Source: a virus (taxonomy: Duplodnaviria; Caudoviricetes). Taken from it: a stretch of DNA of 61,221 nucleotides. Both the position numbers and the translations under genes were made by a program. Below the pieces are notes generated by a model. That model was not told the origin of the DNA. It ran no database searches and saw only the letters and a program-made list of their open reading frames with translations. Of the stretch, positions 36,805 through 47,128 are shown in pieces. Each line of letters begins with the position of its first letter. The first letter of the stretch is position 1. The stretch covers positions 1-61,221 of the IMG/VR virus record IMGVR_UViG_3300033143_005346; one strand, 5' to 3'.

Positions 36805-36943
36805 GGTCTATCCTTTGTTGGAGATACGCCCAATCGCAGGCATTGCAAAGACCCCCTCCCGAACCGTCTCCACAGTTGTTATAAAAGTCTTTTGTCGCCT
36901 TACGATTGAGCGCATCATAATAATTCCCACAAACATAATATAT

Positions 36944-38539
36944 TTATACCAGAGGCCAATAATAAGTTCCTGCATTATTCACAGTAGAGATTATATAGCC
37001 ATCAAATTCTTCAAAATTTAAATGATACCGAAAATTACCAGAAATATCATCAGATGCCGCTATCCACTGATTGCCAGAACCAGGCCATCGATACATGGTT
37101 AAGTCCGCAGAGTCATTAGACGCATAGAATAGATGGCCGCTACGTTCGACTAAATCAGCCGCATCAACCGCCCCCAATGGTTGGTTTGTAGTAACCTGGG
37201 AATAATCCGAACCATCGTGCTTGTAAAGGTAGCCGTTGTTTTGGACCATATAGTATACATCACCATCAATAGAAAACGCTTCCACCGCCCGATAATTTCC
37301 ACTGGCTGGTATCGGAGTGCCTGGAGCTACCGCCCAGTCCCCAGAAACTTGCCATCGATAAAATCCGCCAGGTCCGTTAAATCCAGCCAAAATATAAGTG
37401 CCATCTGAAACCAAAATTTGAGGGGTGAACCCCAGCGGTGTAGTTGTCATTTGCGACCATGTAGTCCCGGAATCCCATCGCCACAGATGACCAGTGCTTA
37501 CAACTGCGTATAAGTTACCACCGTGAGTAATAATTTGGGGACCTACACCACCTGGCGCACCAGCTGAAACCCATGTAGGCGTTATGGTGTCGTAATAATA
37601 GACTATTGAAATACCGCCAAACGACGAAAACAAATTGCTGCCATGAGACACCATGTTTACGATATTCGCACCTAAACCGTTCATGCCGACATCCGACCAA
37701 GAACCTGTCGGATCAGCCCTGCCATACAAATAGCTATTACCGTTACTTCCGTAAAGTATACCGGAGTGCTCTGTCATATCATAATAGAAACCGCCATCGC
37801 TAAACGTCCAAAGAGAAATTTCTGTAAGCGTATATTCCCCAGAAGCAACATTTACGCTTGGCTGCTCCCAGCGATTCCCACCAAAAGCACGGGCTTTATA
37901 AGTTGTGACAGCACTATTAATCATTTCGAACGGACCACTATAGAGCGTATCGGTCTCGTCCGGAGTGCTCCCGTCATCGGTATAATAAATGCTAACACCC
38001 GCAGTAACGCAAGACATGGTTAAATCTGCCCCGTTGGTATAAGCACCGGGGGGCGGAGAAAAAGTTACATCCGCCACAAAAACTTCACCGGCAATCAACC
38101 TCCACGCTGTTGAAGCGGCAGCAACCGCTTTCCACCACAAATGCAAATCTGTTTGGTAGACTTTCTCGCCAATATAATCAGAAACCAGCACACCGTCTGG
38201 AATAAAAGCCACTGTCCTCGGCAACGCTTTCTGAACAATCAACTCCACAGATGCCTCTGATAAAACCTGCCAGATTATTGTGCCTCCACCCCAGTTTTGG
38301 GCAGCGGTCGACTCTAATCCACGGGTGACAGACAGGCCCTGGGCTGCATTGGAGTTTCCAACATCCACCAACACAATTTCTTTATCACCAGCAGCATTGA
38401 TCATCTGGGCATAGAAACTGTCACCACTCCCACCCTTGCTCAGCATGGTGTCATAGCTGGTCAGTGGTATCCTGGTGTCGGAATCGCTAATGCTTTCAGC
38501 CAGTCTTGCCTGGGATCCCATATTAAAAACCAGTGCCAT
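36944..38539 (-). CDS. Tail-associated receptor-binding protein: adaptor domain, Fn3-like (chitobiase C-terminal) domain, beta-propeller-like C-terminus
   Basis: Start reassigned to ATG 38539 (AAGGAG RBS, coupled to the upstream stop); FSPPPGAY...IYYTDDGSTP...LYSGP; repeated LYRWxGxxW-like blades. Confidence 0.7.
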   Translation of the reverse strand: MALVFNMGSQARLAESISDSDTRIPLTSYDTMLSKGGSGDSFYAQMINAAGDKEIVLVDVGNSNAAQGLSVTRGLESTAAQNWGGGTIIWQVLSEASVELIVQKALPRTVAFIPDGVLVSDYIGEKVYQTDLHLWWKAVAAASTAWRLIAGEVFVADVTFSPPPGAYTNGADLTMSCVTAGVSIYYTDDGSTPDETDTLYSGPFEMINSAVTTYKARAFGGNRWEQPSVNVASGEYTLTEISLWTFSDGGFYYDMTEHSGILYGSNGNSYLYGRADPTGSWSDVGMNGLGANIVNMVSHGSNLFSSFGGISIVYYYDTITPTWVSAGAPGGVGPQIITHGGNLYAVVSTGHLWRWDSGTTWSQMTTTPLGFTPQILVSDGTYILAGFNGPGGFYRWQVSGDWAVAPGTPIPASGNYRAVEAFSIDGDVYYMVQNNGYLYKHDGSDYSQVTTNQPLGAVDAADLVERSGHLFYASNDSADLTMYRWPGSGNQWIAASDDISGNFRYHLNFEEFDGYIISTVNNAGTYYWPLV

Positions 38540-38976
38540 CAGATATTCATCTCCTTCCATTCGGTGCTGGTAGTGTGTTTCCACCATACACCGGTAACGC
38601 TCTGGTAGACTTCTTCTCCAGCATAAAGTGCTGCCAGAGATCCATCCGGATCAGTTACCACTGTGCGCTCCACCCCTTTCTGCAAAAAATTTTCAAGGGC
38701 TATGTCGTCCATTCGATGTTCAACGGACGCACCAATATTAAAAGATAGTGGCGATGGGCTGCGTGTGACCGTAAGTGAATCACCAGACACACCGGTACAG
38801 GTCATCCATTCGAAAACAGCAGCACCCTCATAGACAATAATCCTGAAGGCTTCACCGGCCCCGGGAGACGGGAATAAAGCTCCCTGTCCAGACTCAAGTA
38901 CCAGCAAGGTGTCACCAGTACCAATAGCTGTGTTTAGTGCGCCAATGGCGTTATTGGCAAATAGGTATTCTGTCAT
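38539..38976 (-). CDS. Tail-associated protein, paralogue of the N-terminal domain of 36944-38539
   Basis: FANNA..ALNTAI...LTVTR motif common at phage tail protein N-termini. Confidence 0.7.
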   Translation of the reverse strand: MTEYLFANNAIGALNTAIGTGDTLLVLESGQGALFPSPGAGEAFRIIVYEGAAVFEWMTCTGVSGDSLTVTRSPSPLSFNIGASVEHRMDDIALENFLQKGVERTVVTDPDGSLAALYAGEEVYQSVTGVWWKHTTSTEWKEMNI

Positions 38977-39641
38977 TGTGGCTGACCTCCTGATTGCTGC
39001 TGTAAGCCCAGAGACATCAGAAATCGCTGGTAATAAAGCTGTGACCTGGGAGTGTTGCCTGGGATATCAGTATCATCATCATACGCCTGAAACAAGATCC
39101 CATTGATATATCCATCCAAATAATAATCACTGGTAGGAATTGACAGAGATCTCCAGGCTCCTGGCGCGTCATAGACAATATCCGGTGGAGCCTCGGCTTG
39201 TTCAATTTCTACATAACCGGTACCATCAGATTTAGGATGAACATAAAATTGCTCAGGATACTCCGGAAGCGGCCACCAGTCCCAGATGCTGGCATCGGAA
39301 TTAACCGGATCTGTAGAAAATGCAGGCACATAACGTGTGACATAGCTCCTGTCGGTCTGACGAACAGCACGGCCTGGGGTCAATCCATCCGTACCCATAT
39401 TGCGGATCACGTCAACAATCTCTAACCCAACAGGCGGTGTGGCCGACAAGACCTGTTTGTTTCCGGCTTGCAGTTTCAGGTTTCGCACCCTGGTATAAAC
39501 CCGTGGCTGCAATGTTACCATCCTGCGGCTGGTCAAATTAAAAAGATTCAACATCTCTGGATCATCAAAATCGATACTGGCTTCATCCAGTATTCGTTTT
39601 CTGCAGGTATCGATTACCGATCCGACTGTGTAGGTAGACAT
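38973..39641 (-). CDS. Head-tail adaptor / tail tubular protein A-like (DUF6682-like)
   Basis: LQAGNKQ.L....LEIVDVIRN, FYVHP, A...D.....S..YYQ.F..SLG pattern. Confidence 0.7.
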   Translation of the reverse strand: MSTYTVGSVIDTCRKRILDEASIDFDDPEMLNLFNLTSRRMVTLQPRVYTRVRNLKLQAGNKQVLSATPPVGLEIVDVIRNMGTDGLTPGRAVRQTDRSYVTRYVPAFSTDPVNSDASIWDWWPLPEYPEQFYVHPKSDGTGYVEIEQAEAPPDIVYDAPGAWRSLSIPTSDYYLDGYINGILFQAYDDDTDIPGNTPRSQLYYQRFLMSLGLQQQSGGQPQ

Positions 39642-39677
39642 TTCTTCAGCTCCTCAATTTGTGATTTAACTTTATAT

Positions 39678-40457
39678 TCATATAGCATTAATCGACTGTA
39701 TGTTTGCCGCAAGAACACTATTTACCGCTGCTGGGCTTGTTACTCCGTTTATTTTGCCGGTCCAGCCTCCGGCTATTGCTGATTCATAAGAAATACCCAT
39801 CGGTGGTGCAGGATAAAGAGCGCCATAATCGTGTACGAAATCTGTTGGTGTTCCTGTTTCTGTAAACGCCACACCAGACATTTTATCAACGGGTGTCCCT
39901 CTTATTATGGGGGCATATATCTGTAAATTTTGTGGTCTGATAAATTCTGCTGAATATCCTTGTGCTAAAGCTGCGATTTCCTCAGCAGACAATGCCACAT
40001 TCCAAAATCCAGCATCAGCCACAATCCCTTCAAGAAGGGTAAAAAATCCACCCCCCGTTCTCAAACAACCTATAGTTGCGTTATCAATACCACTTGTAAG
40101 ACCCAGAGTGTTTGTATTTGCCGTACCAGGAGATCCATCTAAATAGCAAATACGATAGGAATCATTTGCAAAAACTGCTGCAATATGATACCAAATATCA
40201 CCAATAATGGAAAGTGGACTATCTGCAATTTCATAATTGACATCTCCACCATCATTGCTAACCAGTGCTGACACATAATCGGTGTCTCTCTGAACTAAAA
40301 TCATCAGATCTGCATAGTCTGCAGATTCAGATACTCCTAAGACAGTCTGATCACCAGGTGCAAGAGCATAAAACCAACAAGCCAAAGTACAAGGAACATC
40401 TATAATGCGTGTTTGACTTAATATGTTTGTTTGTGTCGCATCATACTCTCTTGCCAT
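39678..40457 (-). CDS. LamG/concanavalin-A-like lectin domain protein
   Basis: TLACW, WYHIAAVF, YLDG, GIVADAGFWNVALSAEEIAALA motifs. Confidence 0.8.
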   Translation of the reverse strand: MAREYDATQTNILSQTRIIDVPCTLACWFYALAPGDQTVLGVSESADYADLMILVQRDTDYVSALVSNDGGDVNYEIADSPLSIIGDIWYHIAAVFANDSYRICYLDGSPGTANTNTLGLTSGIDNATIGCLRTGGGFFTLLEGIVADAGFWNVALSAEEIAALAQGYSAEFIRPQNLQIYAPIIRGTPVDKMSGVAFTETGTPTDFVHDYGALYPAPPMGISYESAIAGGWTGKINGVTSPAAVNSVLAANIQSINAI

Positions 40458-40459
40458 TT

Positions 40460-40954
40460 TTAAGTTGTTTCCTTAATTTCAACCTTTAAAAGTTCTGCAT
40501 CACCAGAAGCGGTATCGCTCACAGCATCCCTTGTTATTTTTAATCGAAAAGCCTCTCCAACTGCAATACTATCCATCTGAGCACCATTTGTAAACGCAAT
40601 ACTCACAATATCAACATCACCAGAATTTCCAGGAACAGTGATGTCGTCAACACTTTGGACGGGTTCAAAACCATCTGAATCAATGTCCTGTTGCTGGTCC
40701 CCAATCCTTTCAAAAGCTGCATCCCAGTCGATATTGCCAGATTCAGCGGTTGACATTGCATAATGAATATAAACCGTTACGCCACTACCATCATAATTTC
40801 TCGGCATGATGGCAGAAAATACCGCACTCCAGTTTTCTGCATCATCAAAATCAAGAACAGGGTGTTGATTGCGCCTATCCGGCACAGCCATAACGGTAGC
40901 CGTTGGCTCATTATGTAAAGGAGTAAAAATAAGTAATGTATCACCGGAAGCCAT
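40460..40954 (-). CDS. Putative structural protein (jelly-roll-like)
   Basis: 164 aa; LDFDD...MPRNYDG...FRLKITRDA..DT..GDA.L pattern. Confidence 0.65.
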   Translation of the reverse strand: MASGDTLLIFTPLHNEPTATVMAVPDRRNQHPVLDFDDAENWSAVFSAIMPRNYDGSGVTVYIHYAMSTAESGNIDWDAAFERIGDQQQDIDSDGFEPVQSVDDITVPGNSGDVDIVSIAFTNGAQMDSIAVGEAFRLKITRDAVSDTASGDAELLKVEIKETT

Positions 40955-41208
40955 TATATCACCTCGTATCGTTTGTTTGCTACAAAAAAGAAAATTAATG
41001 CCTTATCTGCCGAATCAAGTTCAGTTCTTGCTGGAAGTGGGATGGCCAGGTTGTAAGAAGCTGCATTGTCTTCAATCCACTGGTCTGCTGCATCGACAAC
41101 CTCCTTCCATTCATCCTTGTCTAATGGAATACCTTTCCTTAAGCGGGAAAAGTGCTTTCCCAGTGAGTGCCGAACCTCTTGCCTATCTTGTTCTGATAAA
41201 ACAGCCAT
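40954..41208 (-). CDS. Hypothetical protein
   Basis: 84 aa; GAGGGG RBS; TAATG coupling. Confidence 0.7.
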   Translation of the reverse strand: MAVLSEQDRQEVRHSLGKHFSRLRKGIPLDKDEWKEVVDAADQWIEDNAASYNLAIPLPARTELDSADKALIFFFVANKRYEVI

Positions 41209-41227
41209 TATACCCCCTCATGTGTCG

Positions 41228-44200
41228 TTATGCTATTTCTACTATTGTTGAATCCGGCCTAAAGTATATAGTGTCAGCGCTTAAGGCCCAACCAATTTTT
41301 TGGAGTTGATCCCCAGCAACTGCCGGAGCTGATTGTGTAAGCGCTCCGGTTGTTGCTGAAACATAAATAGGTCCATTCACCCACGTCCAGGACGTATCGC
41401 ATATTTGACCCTCTAATAAAACCACTTTTGTACCGGTACCACTCGACAAAGCCAAGGCCCTGCAAGGCATGGTTCCCGCTGCGCTGGCGTCGCATCTTTC
41501 ATAATGAAAGTCAGCAGCACAATAAAGAGCGTTGCCGAAGACAGCCGAAGCATCATCAGTCACTACAGTTAAGGTTCTCCCGCGGTAAGTAGAAGTGACT
41601 GTGAGAATGGCCTCTCCGGTATTTATGGGTTCCCAGGTTCCGCCGGTGTCCTTACTCTCCATAACCCCAGAATTATCTCTGACCCCGTATCCGGTCGATC
41701 CTAACGTAGTGTTAAAATTAAGATATCCACCGGTTCCGTAAATTGCCAGAATATGATTGTCCATCTCACCGCGTAAAAATTCATAGGATGAATTCCCAAT
41801 AACAAATTGATCGTCTGCAGTATTTGACGCAAACTCACGATCACCAAGGACAATATTCCGCGAACCGGTAGAAAGAGACCTTCCTCCGGTATATCCCAGG
41901 CAGAGATTTTCCGTGCCTGTACTGACAGTGTACCCAGCCTCATATCCGACCGCAATGTTTGATCCGCCCGTTGTTACATTATAAAGAGTTTTCGCTCCAA
42001 TTGCTACACAAACACCAGCTGTTGCTTCAGTAAAAACTCCGCGCATTGCCTGGAACCCAAAGGCACTGTTGTTGTTGCCAGTTGGGAAGGAACATGCCAA
42101 GGTCCCGAAGGCAGAATTACCGTTGCCAGAGGACAATTCCTGAAAGGCGAGAGTCCCAACGGCTGTATTTTGATAGCCATCCGTTACTAATTTGCCTACA
42201 CTGCGGCCAATCAGCACGTTGCTGTCTCCGGTTGTCATTCCATAGCCAGCTTCATTCCCAATCAGCGTATTCCAATAATAAGTAGAGGTTGTGTCTACCC
42301 CCCTGCCAGCATCATATCCTATTATAACATTTTCGCCACCAGAAGAAGCCCCAAGGAATAAAGCTGCATAATTTCCGATAATAATATTTTTGTCGGCCGA
42401 AGCACCAGTAAGGTCGTTTCCGGCACTTACACCAGCTATAAAGTTGTCTGTAGAGGTAGAAATTAAAGAAGCCCCAGCACCCGTGCCACCAACAATATTG
42501 TCGTAGGCATCTTCTGAAAAAAGACCGCTACCACCAGTAGTAAAACCAGTCCACGACCCTGAACTGTCTTTAAATTCCATGGTGCCGGTATTATCCCTGA
42601 TTCCATATCCGCCCGATCCTAACGTGGTGTTAAAATTCAAGTATCCATCAGCTCCATAAATGCTTAACTGATGATTGGCCATATCTCCACGCAAAAATGG
42701 ATAAGTAGCCGTTCCTATTCCGAATTGATTGTCGGCGGTGGCTGATAATGGCTCAAGGTCGTAGCCAAGCAGAATATTGTTGGATCCGGATGTAAGCCCA
42801 GACTCCGCCACCTTATAGCCAAGAAGCAAATTGTTTGATCCAGTCGTAAGTTGCTCCCCACATTCAGCACCCATGGCGGTATTATTATGTTTGGTATTTG
42901 AACTCGTACCCAGCAGACACCTATATCCAACAGCCACATTATTGTCACCATCTTCAACTCTACTGTTGGCCGATGCACCTATGCCGACATTGTTTACACC
43001 GGTAAATACATTTTGACCACAAGAAAATCCCACAAAGGTATTGTTGCCATTTACCTGGCCTGTTGCGCCCTGTCCAGCCACATATCCAATACATGTATTT
43101 GCAGTGCTATCTCCATATCGACCGGCCCATATACCTCCATAAAAATTGTTAGTTCCGGATGATGTTTCTCCCCCAGCAAGGGTGCCACCCATGATATTGC
43201 TGCCAGTCTCTGTAAAAATGCCGCCACCATTGGTGTCAACATAAAGTTTAACCGCCTTTTCCGTAGGAACAGCGTCGTCTGAATCGTCTCCCAAAGTCCC
43301 ATCTGTTGAAAATTCGTTTATTGAGGTTCCGTTTAATAGTGTAACTGCACTATTTGTATCAATAAGAAAAGAATTAGCACTGGCACCTGCTTCAATTTTC
43401 ATTACTATAGCGGTATTAGTATTATCATAAAATGTAAGGCTGTCATCTGTATTGCATGCAATATCCCAATATCCAACATCATTTTTTAAAGTAATGCTGG
43501 CGGTATTATTTGTTCCACCTTCGACTAAAATTGTAGCATATCCGGAGGTGTCTGATACATGTAAAAGTTCAGATGGGGTATCTGTCCCTACACCTACTTG
43601 ACCTCCGTCTTCTACAAACAGGCCAAGAGTTCCACTATCATCTTTTAAAGATAATCCACCTGAATCACGGGCACGGATTTCGTCTGTTGCAAAATATAAA
43701 CCATCGGCTTGGGTTATGTTGCCATCAGCCGCGATAGTAACCCTTTCAAGGCTGGTTGTTAAAAATACTAATGCTGCTACGTCTTGAGTAAGTATTTTAA
43801 ATTCGCCTGTTCCTCTATGGACTATATGGGATTCAGCATTTTCCCCAGTATTGTTTCTTAGTATTCTAAATCCAAAATCGCTATAAGTATCATCACCAAT
43901 TAAATCAACATGAGAATATCTATTACCACTACCAAGAGAATTGACTTTTATTGACACTCCATTTGTAGATATCATACCATCCGCATCAACACTCAAAGCA
44001 GGATCAGGACTTCCATCACTCGCCACCAACTCAGAGTGCCTATGAAGTGCATCGGCAATAGAATTATCCGTCAAAGTATCTAACTCAGGACCGGTCGCGG
44101 ATGTATCCGAATGACTTGCTATGGTATGAGAACCACCGGCATGGACGTGGAGTAAATCCGCATTGCTGCCATCTGTTAGCGTTTCAAGATCTGCCTCGGT

Positions 44201-47128
44201 GATATTTGTTGTTTGTCTGAGGGCTTCGCCATTAGCAGCTGGGGCTTGAAGGTTTATAATTTGGTACAAATCGTTCATGTCGATATCAGCAGTCATGGTT
44301 CCAAGCGCTGTGTCTGTACCCTGGGTATGACGAGCAGATGAATTTTCTGAGATCCCAGCATGGTCATGCAGAGTTGTGTCACCCCCACCAGTTAATGTGT
44401 TAAGATTGGTTTCGGTAACATTTGCTGTCTGTCTGATTGCCTCACCTAAAGCAGCAGGAGCCGCAAGGCTTGTAAGCTGATACAGGGTATTCATGTCAAT
44501 GTCTTCAGCCATGGCCCCAAGGGCTGTATCGGTACCCTGGGTGTGCCTTGCGGAACTATTCTCTGAAATTCCATCGTGGTCATGCAGGGAGGTATCGCTT
44601 CCATCAGTTAGTTGCTCAAGGTCTGCCTCGGTGATATTCGCTGTTTGTCTGAGAGCATCACCTGCAGTATCAGGAGCCTGCAAGTTGACCACCTGAAAAG
44701 AACCATCCATGTCAATATCAGCTGTCATGGTGCCAAGAGTTGTGTCGGTTCCTTGAGTATGCCTTGCAGAGGTATTCTCTGAAATGCCGTCGTGATCGTG
44801 TAGAGCTGTGTCGCTTCCGTCTGTTAGTTGCTCAAGATCTGCCTCAGTAATATTCGTGGTTTGTCTAAGGGCTTCACCATTAGCGGAAGGCGCTTGCAGA
44901 TTAACCACCTGGAAAGAATTGTTCATGTCAATATCGGCGGTCATCGTTCCAAGCGTCGTATCGGTACCCTGAGTATGTCTGGCTGAGATGTTTTCTGAAA
45001 TCCCGTCATGGTCGTGAAGTGTGGTGTCGCCGCCACCCGTTAATTCTTCAAGTTGTGCTCCGGTTGCGTCAACAACATCGCTGTGGGAGGTTATTGTATG
45101 TGAACCGACAGAAGGAGCTGCCCATGTCTGGTCCCCCCTTAAGAAAACCGTGTTATCAGCAGATCCGGTCCCCAGTTCAGCGGTTGGCACAAGGGTCGTA
45201 GCCCCTAAAGACGCATACCCGTTGGCGGCACTTTTTTCTGATTCCAGCTGATATTGAGTGTGTGGATCCCCAGTGGCAAGATTTAATAAATTAGTATGAT
45301 CAATCTTAGCTTCATCGATCTGGATTTGAACATCCTCGTCACCACCATCATTTAATGTTGACAATTCAAGGATATTTGTTGTGTTTGAACCGTCGGACAC
45401 CACGATTTTATCTTCCAGGAATCCAGCAGTCGTGTCGTTGGAAGATCCCTTAACCAGCTCGTCTGAACCAGCAGCAATCGTTTGCCAGGTCTGGTCGCCA
45501 CGAAGGTAGGTGGAAGAAGTCGCAGATCCAGTGCCCAACTCAGCAGTCGGCACCAGGATTGAAGCATCCAGAGAGGCGTAGCCGTTGGCAGCGCTCTTTT
45601 CTGACTCCAGTTGGTAGCCGGTATGAGGATCAGCCGCACCCGCATGGGTGGAAATCTCAGCGCCTACTTCATTGTAAACCGAAAGAGCTGTCGGTAATTC
45701 GGTGTTCAGGCTGCCCGAAGAAATAGCAGTAACGATAGCGCTGACTGCCTGGCCGGAATCAAAATTAAATTCGCCGGTAATGTTCTGGTCCCCAGTGACC
45801 GTAAAAACACCATCGGGCCAAACAGAAAAGAAAAACTGGTCCCCAATCACACCACCCGTGGTTCCGCTGAAGGTAGCCTCCACTCCATTGGCAAGCGCCT
45901 GAGAAGAACCCGTAATCGAAGTGCCTGTAAACTCAGGGGTTTCTCCATCATTATTAAGATATAACGTAAAAGTGTTTGGAGAGCCGGTTCCGTCGATCTC
46001 TAAGATATAGTGTATGGGATCTGTCCCTGTGTTGCCAGATATGTCAACAGCACTAAGGTTTAATGACCCCGTTCCTACAAAACTGGTAAGGTCCTTAACA
46101 CCGTTACTGGAATAATATTTTGCCGTTTGAAGATTAAAGCTGCCATTAAGATTAAAATCGTCGGCCATCATTGTAATGTCATAATTCTCAAAGACTAAAG
46201 GCTTCCAGTTGGCACCTGGGCCTCGATAGCTCTGTATAAACCATTCAAACACATCTCCTATGGAGCCAGGATTGTCTGACATAAAAAACTGAAATTTTGT
46301 TGTGTCAGAAACTGTTTCTGTAACGACAATTCGTGCAAAATCGTTAGTCTTTTCAAATTCAATGGTTGACGAATTGCCAATCCCAGGATTCATCAACCGA
46401 AGCTCGTTTGTTGAACCTGCTGGCCCTATATCCACTCTGGACGCAATGGCGCTAAGGACGACAGCGGTATCAACGGTTATGTCCACCTGTCCGGTACCTG
46501 TGTCAACAACCTCTACGCTGCTATCACCTTCGCTGATTATGTCGTGACTGTGGCTAAGAACAGAATAGGTAGCAGAAAGATCTGGGATCCGGTCTATGTG
46601 GACATCTTCGCCGCCAGTCACAGACCAGTCAATATGTTCGTCAGCTTCAAAGTTCGCAAGCTGATTGTGATCAATAGAGCCCTCATGTTGAGTAACGGCG
46701 GTCGCCGTAATTCGATCTACATGAATATCCTCTCCACCGGTTACGGCCCAATCGATATGTTCGTCAGCCTCAAAGTTCAGTAATTGGTCGTGATCAACCT
46801 TGGCCTCGTCGAACTGCAGTTGTCGATCTTCATCGGCACCATCATTTAGGGTAGACAATTCAAGCGGATCAGAGGTGTTGGTCCCGTGTGCGACAATAAG
46901 TTTGTCTTCAAGGTATCCACCCGTGGTGTCATTAGAAGAAACCTTAAACGTATCAGCGGAAGCAGTTGGATCCACATAATATGATAACAATGTCCAGGCG
47001 GTAGTTCCATCACCCATCTTGGATTTTCCGGTATCAGTTTCATAGCCCATCTCACCGTTGGCAAGCGTAGGATCTACCGATGTCCAGTTTGCTGCTGTAT
47101 CTCGTCTAAATTGAATAATATCAGCCAC
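41228..47128 (-). CDS. Long tail fibre (Mtd-N-type anchor, HxH repeats, YadA-like beta-roll repeats)
   Basis: 1966 aa; IIQFRRDTAANWTS.DPTLA.GE.GYETDTGK.K.GDG N-terminus; NTAVG/NIAVG-type repeats; INEFSTDGTL...SDDAVPTEKAVK.YVD motif. Confidence 0.85.
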   Translation of the reverse strand: MADIIQFRRDTAANWTSVDPTLANGEMGYETDTGKSKMGDGTTAWTLLSYYVDPTASADTFKVSSNDTTGGYLEDKLIVAHGTNTSDPLELSTLNDGADEDRQLQFDEAKVDHDQLLNFEADEHIDWAVTGGEDIHVDRITATAVTQHEGSIDHNQLANFEADEHIDWSVTGGEDVHIDRIPDLSATYSVLSHSHDIISEGDSSVEVVDTGTGQVDITVDTAVVLSAIASRVDIGPAGSTNELRLMNPGIGNSSTIEFEKTNDFARIVVTETVSDTTKFQFFMSDNPGSIGDVFEWFIQSYRGPGANWKPLVFENYDITMMADDFNLNGSFNLQTAKYYSSNGVKDLTSFVGTGSLNLSAVDISGNTGTDPIHYILEIDGTGSPNTFTLYLNNDGETPEFTGTSITGSSQALANGVEATFSGTTGGVIGDQFFFSVWPDGVFTVTGDQNITGEFNFDSGQAVSAIVTAISSGSLNTELPTALSVYNEVGAEISTHAGAADPHTGYQLESEKSAANGYASLDASILVPTAELGTGSATSSTYLRGDQTWQTIAAGSDELVKGSSNDTTAGFLEDKIVVSDGSNTTNILELSTLNDGGDEDVQIQIDEAKIDHTNLLNLATGDPHTQYQLESEKSAANGYASLGATTLVPTAELGTGSADNTVFLRGDQTWAAPSVGSHTITSHSDVVDATGAQLEELTGGGDTTLHDHDGISENISARHTQGTDTTLGTMTADIDMNNSFQVVNLQAPSANGEALRQTTNITEADLEQLTDGSDTALHDHDGISENTSARHTQGTDTTLGTMTADIDMDGSFQVVNLQAPDTAGDALRQTANITEADLEQLTDGSDTSLHDHDGISENSSARHTQGTDTALGAMAEDIDMNTLYQLTSLAAPAALGEAIRQTANVTETNLNTLTGGGDTTLHDHAGISENSSARHTQGTDTALGTMTADIDMNDLYQIINLQAPAANGEALRQTTNITEADLETLTDGSNADLLHVHAGGSHTIASHSDTSATGPELDTLTDNSIADALHRHSELVASDGSPDPALSVDADGMISTNGVSIKVNSLGSGNRYSHVDLIGDDTYSDFGFRILRNNTGENAESHIVHRGTGEFKILTQDVAALVFLTTSLERVTIAADGNITQADGLYFATDEIRARDSGGLSLKDDSGTLGLFVEDGGQVGVGTDTPSELLHVSDTSGYATILVEGGTNNTASITLKNDVGYWDIACNTDDSLTFYDNTNTAIVMKIEAGASANSFLIDTNSAVTLLNGTSINEFSTDGTLGDDSDDAVPTEKAVKLYVDTNGGGIFTETGSNIMGGTLAGGETSSGTNNFYGGIWAGRYGDSTANTCIGYVAGQGATGQVNGNNTFVGFSCGQNVFTGVNNVGIGASANSRVEDGDNNVAVGYRCLLGTSSNTKHNNTAMGAECGEQLTTGSNNLLLGYKVAESGLTSGSNNILLGYDLEPLSATADNQFGIGTATYPFLRGDMANHQLSIYGADGYLNFNTTLGSGGYGIRDNTGTMEFKDSSGSWTGFTTGGSGLFSEDAYDNIVGGTGAGASLISTSTDNFIAGVSAGNDLTGASADKNIIIGNYAALFLGASSGGENVIIGYDAGRGVDTTSTYYWNTLIGNEAGYGMTTGDSNVLIGRSVGKLVTDGYQNTAVGTLAFQELSSGNGNSAFGTLACSFPTGNNNSAFGFQAMRGVFTEATAGVCVAIGAKTLYNVTTGGSNIAVGYEAGYTVSTGTENLCLGYTGGRSLSTGSRNIVLGDREFASNTADDQFVIGNSSYEFLRGEMDNHILAIYGTGGYLNFNTTLGSTGYGVRDNSGVMESKDTGGTWEPINTGEAILTVTSTYRGRTLTVVTDDASAVFGNALYCAADFHYERCDASAAGTMPCRALALSSGTGTKVVLLEGQICDTSWTWVNGPIYVSATTGALTQSAPAVAGDQLQKIGWALSADTIYFRPDSTIVEIA
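44140..45060 (-). repeat. Tandem 216-bp (72-aa) repeats within the tail fibre, about 4 copies
   Basis: HDHxGISEN..ARHTQGTDT.LG.M..DIDM unit recurs near 45010, 44795, 44578 and 44362, 216 nt apart (approximate bounds). Confidence 0.85.

Noticed and set aside
41228-47128. Diversity-generating retroelement, suggested by the Mtd-N-like fibre N-terminus
   Set aside because: No reverse transcriptase or Avd gene and no TR/VR pair differing only at adenines was seen; the Mtd-N anchor is widespread without DGRs.
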